This document shows, piece after piece, positions 57,330 to 64,000 of a DNA stretch of 64,000 bases. The first letter of the stretch is position 1. Each line of letters starts with the position of its first letter. This DNA is from Trueperaceae bacterium (GTDB lineage Bacteria > Deinococcota > Deinococci > Deinococcales > Trueperaceae), in the NCBI GenBank assembly GCA_965213925.1, contig OZ243927.1, positions 2,528,001 through 2,592,000 of the forward strand. Direction: 5' to 3'. Both the position numbers and the translations under genes were made by a program. The notes under the pieces were generated by a model. The model searched no databases and was not told where the DNA came from. It saw only the letters and a program-made list of their open reading frames with translations.

Positions 57330-58490
57330 TCAAGTAACAGCGCTCGCAAGTACGTCCGCCAACGCCGCCGCGTCCGCCTCATCGTTATAGACGTTCGGCG
57401 CAACCCGCACCGCGTCACCCCGCACGGAGACGTGGATGTGACGCGCTTCTAAGGCTTGGCGTAAAGTCTCCAAGTCAACCTCTTGTGGCAAGCGCACCCC
57501 GAAGAGGTGGCGTGACGAACTCGCCTCATCCTCCACGCGGTAGCCATGTGAGCAGAGCGCCTGGATCGGCTCGCGAAAGAGGTCGGCGCAGTACGCTTGA
57601 ACCCGTTCGGGACGACGCTCCAAAAGGTCTTCTAAGGCGGCGACGAGCATCGGCAAGAGGATGGGGTTGCTGCGCTCGCCCACGTCGAAGCGCACTGCGC
57701 CCGCCGCGTACTCGTCCCGATAGTCCACCAAGCGGCTGAAGTCCTCGCTGCCGCGCCTCGCTATCCAAGTCTCTTCTAAAGGAGTCCCTTGCAAAAACCG
57801 CTCGCCGTAATAGGCGAAGCCGAGCCCATACGGACCCATCAGCGTTTTATACGACCCTGCTATGAGCGCGTCGGGTTGCAGTTTCGCCACGTCAAAGGGA
57901 AGTGCGCCGAGGGACTGGGTGCCGTCGATGATAAAGGCTGCTCCGACCTCCCTTGCCTTAGCCCCAATCGCTTCTAAATCAAAGCGTGTCCCGTCTGCCC
58001 AGTGCACGTGGGGCAACGCGACGAGCGCGGTGGTTTCATCAATCGCCTCTAAAAGCGCTTCATTCCACCCTTGATAACGCGGCATTCCTTCCGGCGGCGC
58101 TACAACCTGCAAGTCCGCCCCCTCGTCCCGCATCCGCCGCCACACGTACATGTTGCTGGGGAACTGCTCCGCCGAGGTCACGATACGCTGACCGCTTTCA
58201 ATATGGAGATTCTTCGCCACCGTCGCCACTCCATAGGAAACGGACGGCACAAGCGCCACGTGCTCCGGTGAGGCGTTGACGAGTTGCGCGAAGAGGTCTC
58301 TCGCTCTGCTGCTCTCATCAAAGAAGTCCGCAGGCGTAATCTGCATAGGTGCAGACTTCCGCCGCACGCCCTCTAAGCCCGCCGCCTCGACCCTATGCGA
58401 AAGCGGCGACATGTACGCGCAGTTGAGATAGTGGCTATCCTCCGGTAGAGAGAAGAGGTGTTTCTGACAGGTGAGGGGGGTGGTATTCAT
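57330..58490 (-). CDS. Class V PLP-dependent aminotransferase (cysteine desulfurase/selenocysteine lyase-like)
   Basis: YLNCAYMSP, QFPSN, DGTQSLG and YK.LMGPYG motifs; TAAGCT 6 nt before the ATG. Confidence 0.88.
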   Translation of the reverse strand: MNTTPLTCQKHLFSLPEDSHYLNCAYMSPLSHRVEAAGLEGVRRKSAPMQITPADFFDESSRARDLFAQLVNASPEHVALVPSVSYGVATVAKNLHIESGQRIVTSAEQFPSNMYVWRRMRDEGADLQVVAPPEGMPRYQGWNEALLEAIDETTALVALPHVHWADGTRFDLEAIGAKAREVGAAFIIDGTQSLGALPFDVAKLQPDALIAGSYKTLMGPYGLGFAYYGERFLQGTPLEETWIARRGSEDFSRLVDYRDEYAAGAVRFDVGERSNPILLPMLVAALEDLLERRPERVQAYCADLFREPIQALCSHGYRVEDEASSSRHLFGVRLPQEVDLETLRQALEARHIHVSVRGDAVRVAPNVYNDEADAAALADVLASAVT

Positions 58491-58625
58491 TGTTACAGCT
58501 TAATATACAGACCTCGGCAATGTGTTGATTTGTACCTCTTCCGGTTCTCCTAAAGTGCTGACTGGCTGAAGTGCTTTCCCGGTATACACCCCGACCCTCG
58601 AGCCACCCGTCGTACACTACACTTC

Positions 58626-60590
58626 ATGACACTAGGAACCTGCTACTACCCCGAACATTGGTCTGAAGAGACCTGGCAACAAGGCGCGAAGCGGATGAAA
58701 GCGTTGGGTCTCACTTGGGTGCGCATCGGTGAGTTTGCGTGGAGCCGCTTGGAGCCGGAGGACGGGAGGCTCGAGCTTGACTGGCTCGACCGCTCCATCG
58801 ACATTCTCGGAGACGCGGGGTTAAAGGTCGTTCTGGGCACGCCGACGCCGACGCCTCCTAAATGGCTCATCGACAAGTACGACAACGTCTTGCAGGTAGA
58901 CGAGCAGGGGCGCGTGCGCAAATTCGGCTCCCGTCGCCACTACTGCTTCAATTCGGCGTCTTACCGAAGAGAGACTAAGCGCATTGTCACGCTGCTTGCG
59001 GAGCGCTACGGCTCGCACGAGGCGGTGCAGGCGTGGCAGACGGATAACGAGTACGGCTGTCACGACACGATCCGCTGTTACTGCAAAAACTGTGAACGGG
59101 CGTTCCGGGTCTGGCTCGAGCAAAAATATGGCGACGTCGAAAAGCTCAACGAAGCCTGGTGGAACGTCTTCTGGAGTATGGAGTACACCTCCTTTGAAGA
59201 GGTCGAGCTGCCCAATTTGACCGTCACCGAGCCCAACCCGAGCCACAGCTTGGACTTCTACCGCTTCTCGTCGGATTCGGTGGTGGACTACGACAAGCTG
59301 CAGTGTGACCTCATCCGTCAGCACTCGAATAAGCCTGTGACACATAACGCGATGATTTACTTCGCTGACCTCGACTACTACAAGCTCGCTAAAAACTTAG
59401 ATATCTTGACCTGGGATAATTACCCCTTGGGGACGCTCGAGACTAGCTTCCTCCCTGATGAGGTGAAAACGCACTTCATGCGCACCGCCCACCCCGACCT
59501 CACCTCCATGATGCACGACCTCTACTACGGCGCGAAGCGCAAGCCCTTTTGGGTGATGGAACAGCAGCCGGGACCCGTCAACTGGGCACCCTCGAACCCC
59601 TTGCCCATGCCCGGCGCGGTGCGGCTCTGGTCGCATCAGGCGTTCGCGCACGGGGCGGACGTGGTGGCGTACTTCCGGTGGCGAGCCGCGAGAGGGGCAC
59701 AAGAGCTGATGCACGCAGGGATGAATTTGCATGATGGCTCGGCGGACAGGGCGAGCGAAGAGGCGAAGCAAGTTGCGGCAGAGTTAGCCGCTTCGGAAGA
59801 GGTCACGGCGAGTGTCGCGCTTCTATTCAACATCGAAAACCTCTGGGCGACGCACTTGCAGCCGCACGCGCAAGGGTGGAACTACTGGGCGCTCCTGCTC
59901 GACTACTACCGGACGCTGAGAGGGTTGGGCTTAGAGGTCAGCATTCTTCACCCGAGCGAAGATTTGGGTGCTTACAAGGTCGTCTTTGCCCCTGCGCTGC
60001 ATCTCGTAGACGAAGCTCTGGCGGCGCATCTTACGGACTATGTCAAAGCAGGCGGACATCTCGTGCTGGGCCCGCGTAGTGGCGCAAAGACGCTCACGAA
60101 CATCGCTCACGCTCCTGCGCCGGGTCCACTCGCTGAGCTGATGGGCGTGCGTATTGACCATGTGGACGGGTTACGCCCTGGTGTTGAAGAAGAGGTGGAA
60201 CTCAAGGGCGAACGCTACGCCTACCGCACCTGGGCGGACGTGCTCACGCCGACCTCCGCTGACGTGCTGGCAACGTATAAAGCGGACGCCTACGCGGGTA
60301 CCGCTGCCCTGACCCGTCAAGAGGTCGGAGCGGGGCGGTGCACTGTTTTAGGGATGTGGGGGGGTGACGCGCTGCACCGTGCGATATTCGAAGAGGTGTT
60401 GGTGTCCACTGAACTCTTGTTCACTTCTTTGCCCGAAGGGGTACGGCTGACAAGTCGGGGTGAGAGAGGTTATCTCATGAACTTCAACCCGCACACCATT
60501 AAGTTAAGTGATGAACTGACCGAGCTTGTCGGACAGACTGAGCTAAAACCATGTGACGTTCTCTTCTTTAGAAGTGCTGATAAAAGCTGA
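58626..60590 (+). CDS. Beta-galactosidase, glycoside hydrolase family 42
   Basis: YYPEHW, GEFAWS, DNEYGC (acid/base), CYC..C Zn site, VMEQQPG (nucleophile) and YFRWR motifs. Confidence 0.95.
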   Translation: MTLGTCYYPEHWSEETWQQGAKRMKALGLTWVRIGEFAWSRLEPEDGRLELDWLDRSIDILGDAGLKVVLGTPTPTPPKWLIDKYDNVLQVDEQGRVRKFGSRRHYCFNSASYRRETKRIVTLLAERYGSHEAVQAWQTDNEYGCHDTIRCYCKNCERAFRVWLEQKYGDVEKLNEAWWNVFWSMEYTSFEEVELPNLTVTEPNPSHSLDFYRFSSDSVVDYDKLQCDLIRQHSNKPVTHNAMIYFADLDYYKLAKNLDILTWDNYPLGTLETSFLPDEVKTHFMRTAHPDLTSMMHDLYYGAKRKPFWVMEQQPGPVNWAPSNPLPMPGAVRLWSHQAFAHGADVVAYFRWRAARGAQELMHAGMNLHDGSADRASEEAKQVAAELAASEEVTASVALLFNIENLWATHLQPHAQGWNYWALLLDYYRTLRGLGLEVSILHPSEDLGAYKVVFAPALHLVDEALAAHLTDYVKAGGHLVLGPRSGAKTLTNIAHAPAPGPLAELMGVRIDHVDGLRPGVEEEVELKGERYAYRTWADVLTPTSADVLATYKADAYAGTAALTRQEVGAGRCTVLGMWGGDALHRAIFEEVLVSTELLFTSLPEGVRLTSRGERGYLMNFNPHTIKLSDELTELVGQTELKPCDVLFFRSADKS

Positions 60591-60603
60591 GCTGGTAAAC
60601 AGA

Positions 60604-60639
60604 GAAGCGCCTCACCCATTGACTAAGGTGAGGCGCTTC
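60604..60639. terminator. Bidirectional terminator
   Basis: GAAGCGCCTCACC...GGTGAGGCGCTTC 13-bp stem between convergent genes. Confidence 0.75.
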
Positions 60640-60665
60640 GGTTTAAGCTACCGACCTATTTAGCG

Positions 60666-63239
60666 TTACTCGGTCGGCGGGTTGAGAAAGCTCGTGACGA
60701 TAAAGCCGTACTCGCCCGTCGTGGCGTTGTCGGGGTTGATGGCGTCCCAGGGCGTCACGACGGCGTAGTAGACGCCGCCCGACTCGGAGGTGTAGGTCAC
60801 GCGGGACTCGCGTCCGGTGAAGTCGTCGTTAAAAGCGACCTGTACACCCTCGGCGTCGTAGAGCCCTAAGAGGGTGTCGGGCGCGCCCGAGGAGAGCGTC
60901 TCCGCGTCCGCCACGATCGTCGCACCCTCTGACACCTCGAAGGTGAAAATGTCCACGTCGGAGGCTTCCGATATTTCGGCGTCCAAGGCGCTACCGAAGG
61001 GAATCTCTTGCGCGTTAGAGAGGTCGACGTCGTTGATCGTCGTGCCGTCTACGACGGCGCTGCCGTTAGGTTCCTCTTCCTCACCGATGAAGGGGGCGAC
61101 GTCCATGTCGTAGAGGTTGAAGGGGCTGTTCGTGTCCGGCGCGCCCTCCGCGCCGCTCACTTCCGTGACCTCGACGTAGACCGTGCCCGTCGCCGGCGCG
61201 GTGAAGTTGACGAGCGAGTCCGTGCCGAGCGTCTCGTCTTGGTTGTTGTCGTTCTCGGCGATGAGCGTGCCGTCCTCGGCTAGAACGCGCAAGAAGGTGT
61301 CGAACGCACCCGAAACGGTTTCCAAGTTCACGCGGTACGGGGTGCCCTCCTCGACTTGGAGCGCGTACACGTCCACGTCGGTTTCGTTTTCAGGGTCGTA
61401 GAGGCTGGCTCTCGCGGTGACGCCGACCTCGGCAATTTCCGCCGCCTCTTCGGGCGTCGCGTTCGGCTCGAAGGGGTCTTCGAAGGCGTCGACGTCGAGT
61501 TCGAAGCTGACAACTTCCGTCTCGCCCGGGGCGATGTTAACTTTCGTCTCGGCGGTGATCGCGTTTAAGCCCGTTGTCGCGGTGTGCGGGCCGCTCGCCT
61601 GGAGCAGGTACGAGCCGGAGTCGATCTGCTGAAAGAGCCCGGTGCCCGAAGGGATGACCAGACGCCCGTCGGAGGTTTGCGTGTATTCGATGGGTCCGGG
61701 CTGACTGCCTAAGGGAATCAAGGTCAAGCCGACCTTGGGCACGTTGACCCTCTCGTCGCCCGCGAGCGTGGTCTGCACGACCAACGTGCCGCCCGCCTTG
61801 ACGCGGCGCGTGCCCTCGGCGACCTCCAGGGCGCGTTCGACCGCCGCCTCGGAGTTCACGATGCCAAAGCCCAGGTCGTTAAAGTCGTAATCCGCGGGTC
61901 TCATCGCCGTCTCTTCCAAGATTTTACGCACTTGCGCCGCGCCTAAAACCTCGGTAATGTTCCCGTCACGGTCGCGCTCGGCGCTCGCCTCTAAGATGAG
62001 CGCGGCGGTGCCCGCCGTCGCAGGTGCCGAGAACGAGGTGCCGCTGACGAACTCGTACTTCGCTTCGGGGCTTTCTGGGTCGCAAGCGGAGAAGTCCGGC
62101 TCGGCGAAGGCGCAGTCGCGTGACGCCGTCGTCCAGATGTTCTCGCCGGGCGCAGCCACGTCTAGGTGAAGACCGCGGTTGGAGAAGTCGGTGCGCTTGT
62201 CGGTCGGTAGCGTCGCGGCGACGCTGATGAGACCGGGGTGCCAGGCGGGTTCGGCGAAGCCTTCGGTGGGCGTGTTGCCCGCCGAGGTGACGAGCACGAT
62301 GCCCGAGGTGAGCATGAAGTCCATCGTGTCTTTGACAATCTGGTCGTAACCCGAGCTGCCCCACGACATGTTGACGATGTGGACGTAAGGTCCGGTTTCG
62401 GCGTCCGTGCCGGGGGCGCGGTCGTCGCCGCCTAAAGCGCCGTCGGGACCGACCGCGGCGAAGAGGGCGGCGTTGATGATTGCGGTCGTCGTGAGCCCGC
62501 CCGTCTCAGGATCGCTGATGGCTAAAGGCACGATGCTCGCGCCGTACGCCGTGCCGCGTCCCCCCAACTCGTTCGCCACGCCCGCCGCCGTGCCCGCGAC
62601 CCAGGTGCCGTGCTCGCCCTGACCGTCGAACGGCGTGTCCTCTTCGATGAGCGTGCCCGTGAAACCGTCGTAACCGGGGTAGAACATGTTGTCCACCAGG
62701 TCGGGGTGGCGGTGGTCCATAAACTCGTCGTGAATGCCGATGCGCACGCCCGCGCCGCTGACGCCCTCTGCCCACGCGCCCTCGGAGTCCATCTGGCGGT
62801 GCATCCACTGTTTGTCGTATTCGGGGTCGTTGATATCTAACTGTTGCGTCTCTAGTCCCGCGGTGTTGACCTCATCGGCGCGCAGGGGCTCTTGCCACAC
62901 GACGCGGTTCGGTTGCGCGTAGCGCAGTCCTTTGAGGCGGCTCGCGGTCGCTTCCGCTTTGGTGACGCTCAGGTTCGCGGGCAGCTCTAAAAGCGCCGCG
63001 TTGAGCTGCGTCCAGTCGGTACGGAGCGTCGCGCCGAGCGCGGCGGCTAAGTCCGCCGGGTCAACGCCCTCTTGATAGCCGACGATGAGCTGACCTTCGA
63101 CGAGGTTCTGGCTTTTGTCCACGCTGACGTCGGGGCGGCTCGTGCCCGGAGCGGCTCCGGGGGTAGGCGCGGCGACGTCCGTGCTACACGCGGCGAGCGC
63201 AACCGTTAGGAGTAGCGCGAGTATGATTGATCGTTTCAT
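60666..63239 (-). CDS. S8 (subtilisin-like) serine protease lipoprotein with two C-terminal PPC-like domains
   Basis: LAAC lipobox; triad regions IGIHD, HGTWVAG and GTSFSAP; SAGN oxyanion; repeated DVD.(Y/F)...DT.L.(V/L)....G...A.ND modules. Confidence 0.92.
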   Translation of the reverse strand: MKRSIILALLLTVALAACSTDVAAPTPGAAPGTSRPDVSVDKSQNLVEGQLIVGYQEGVDPADLAAALGATLRTDWTQLNAALLELPANLSVTKAEATASRLKGLRYAQPNRVVWQEPLRADEVNTAGLETQQLDINDPEYDKQWMHRQMDSEGAWAEGVSGAGVRIGIHDEFMDHRHPDLVDNMFYPGYDGFTGTLIEEDTPFDGQGEHGTWVAGTAAGVANELGGRGTAYGASIVPLAISDPETGGLTTTAIINAALFAAVGPDGALGGDDRAPGTDAETGPYVHIVNMSWGSSGYDQIVKDTMDFMLTSGIVLVTSAGNTPTEGFAEPAWHPGLISVAATLPTDKRTDFSNRGLHLDVAAPGENIWTTASRDCAFAEPDFSACDPESPEAKYEFVSGTSFSAPATAGTAALILEASAERDRDGNITEVLGAAQVRKILEETAMRPADYDFNDLGFGIVNSEAAVERALEVAEGTRRVKAGGTLVVQTTLAGDERVNVPKVGLTLIPLGSQPGPIEYTQTSDGRLVIPSGTGLFQQIDSGSYLLQASGPHTATTGLNAITAETKVNIAPGETEVVSFELDVDAFEDPFEPNATPEEAAEIAEVGVTARASLYDPENETDVDVYALQVEEGTPYRVNLETVSGAFDTFLRVLAEDGTLIAENDNNQDETLGTDSLVNFTAPATGTVYVEVTEVSGAEGAPDTNSPFNLYDMDVAPFIGEEEEPNGSAVVDGTTINDVDLSNAQEIPFGSALDAEISEASDVDIFTFEVSEGATIVADAETLSSGAPDTLLGLYDAEGVQVAFNDDFTGRESRVTYTSESGGVYYAVVTPWDAINPDNATTGEYGFIVTSFLNPPTE

Positions 63240-63247
63240 AAGTCCTC

Positions 63248-64000
63248 CTAGTCGCTTTCGTCGGAGCCGTCGTCCGAGTCGTCGTCAGAGCCGTCGCCGG
63301 TCGTGAAGGTGTTGACCGGACCGTCCTCGACGCCGAAGCCGACGCCGAACAGGTCGAAGAAGTCGGCCGCGACTGAAATGGCCGTTTCGCCCTCGACGCC
63401 CTCGTTGGTCAGTTCGCCGTTGGTGGTCACCGCGACGGGCTGCCAGTCGTAGGTGTGGAAAGGTTGCAGCGTCTCAGTCGTGGCGGTGCCGTTGAAGTTA
63501 TGAGGGATCGCCGTGCCCGTGATGTCCGTGTTGTCGATCAAGAACGCCGCGATCCACTCGGCGAAGTTGTCGTCGGCGTGGACGCGGTCTAAAACAACTG
63601 CGCCGTAGTAGACCAGGTTGCTGCGTTCGCGGAAGGTAAGCTCATATTCAGGCAGCACGGGAACGTCCGTCGCGCCGTTCTCAGGCGAGTCGGCGTCCAC
63701 GAAAAACGCCTCTAACGGCGTGACGCTGAAGGTACCCGTCTGAGCCTCATTCGCGCCGCGCACCGCGACGACGCGGTAGGTCGCACTCAGCCCGGGTTGC
63801 AGCGCTGGCGTCGCGTCGCGGTAGCCGAATTCTGTACTCGTGGGGTTCTCGGGGTCGAGATCGGCTTGGGCAGGGCTCACTTGACCGATGAGGCGGAAGT
63901 CATCCTCGCCCTCTAACTGCCTGTAGATCTGGAAGGCGGTCGGCAAGTCCGCGCCCGTGGTGAAATCGTAGCTGAAAAAGAGGTCGACCCAGACGATGTA
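63248..64000 (-). CDS. Acidic beta-rich extracellular protein, 5' end beyond the window (Fn3/Ig-like C-terminal part)
   Basis: Frame open to the window edge; FQIYR...Y.D....PG....YRVVA Fn3-like pattern; 8 nt upstream of the S8 gene. Confidence 0.65.
   Translation of the reverse strand, partial: YIVWVDLFFSYDFTTGADLPTAFQIYRQLEGEDDFRLIGQVSPAQADLDPENPTSTEFGYRDATPALQPGLSATYRVVAVRGANEAQTGTFSVTPLEAFFVDADSPENGATDVPVLPEYELTFRERSNLVYYGAVVLDRVHADDNFAEWIAAFLIDNTDITGTAIPHNFNGTATTETLQPFHTYDWQPVAVTTNGELTNEGVEGETAISVAADFFDLFGVGFGVEDGPVNTFTTGDGSDDDSDDGSDESD

Noticed and set aside
1..64000. CRISPR array, rRNA or tRNA genes
   Set aside because: No regularly spaced repeat-spacer series and no recognisable rRNA or tRNA sequence; the repeats found are dispersed or simple duplications

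Overview
GC-rich bacterial chromosome segment. It is most consistent with a Deinococcota (Trueperaceae-like) organism; this is inferred from gene content, the many apparently leaderless genes, Deinococcus-type small non-coding repeats and abundant CTCGAG. Most of it is housekeeping: ndk, an aspartate aminotransferase, TPP-riboswitch-controlled thiB/thiP, the glyoxylate shunt aceBA, rapZ-yvcK, hisCBH, a floA-phoH-pgpH-ybeY-dgkA-cdd cluster, coaX, typA, pdxH, ubiX-ispD-ispE, pstSCAB, a sugar ABC transporter, a GH42 beta-galactosidase and an S8 lipoprotein protease. Four accessory signals stand out. (1) A four-gene operon of imelysin (IrpA-type), di-heme oxidoreductase, second imelysin and a vitamin-K-dependent gamma-carboxylase-like HTTM protein, with an IscR/Rrf2-like operator; it is a candidate metal-uptake plus Glu-carboxylation system. 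(2) A TA-targeting ~110-bp MITE family with 3 full copies and 1 partial; excising one copy in silico restores a split 130-aa gene. (3) A complete IS982-family element with 17-bp TIRs and a 7-bp TSD. (4) phoH with an apparent ATC start codon and an internal frameshift. Further repeat families, an orphan HigA antitoxin, an orphan SMI1/KNR4 gene and a secreted cyanophycinase are also present. No CRISPR array, rRNA or tRNA was seen. All calls come from reading motifs by eye; no database search was run.
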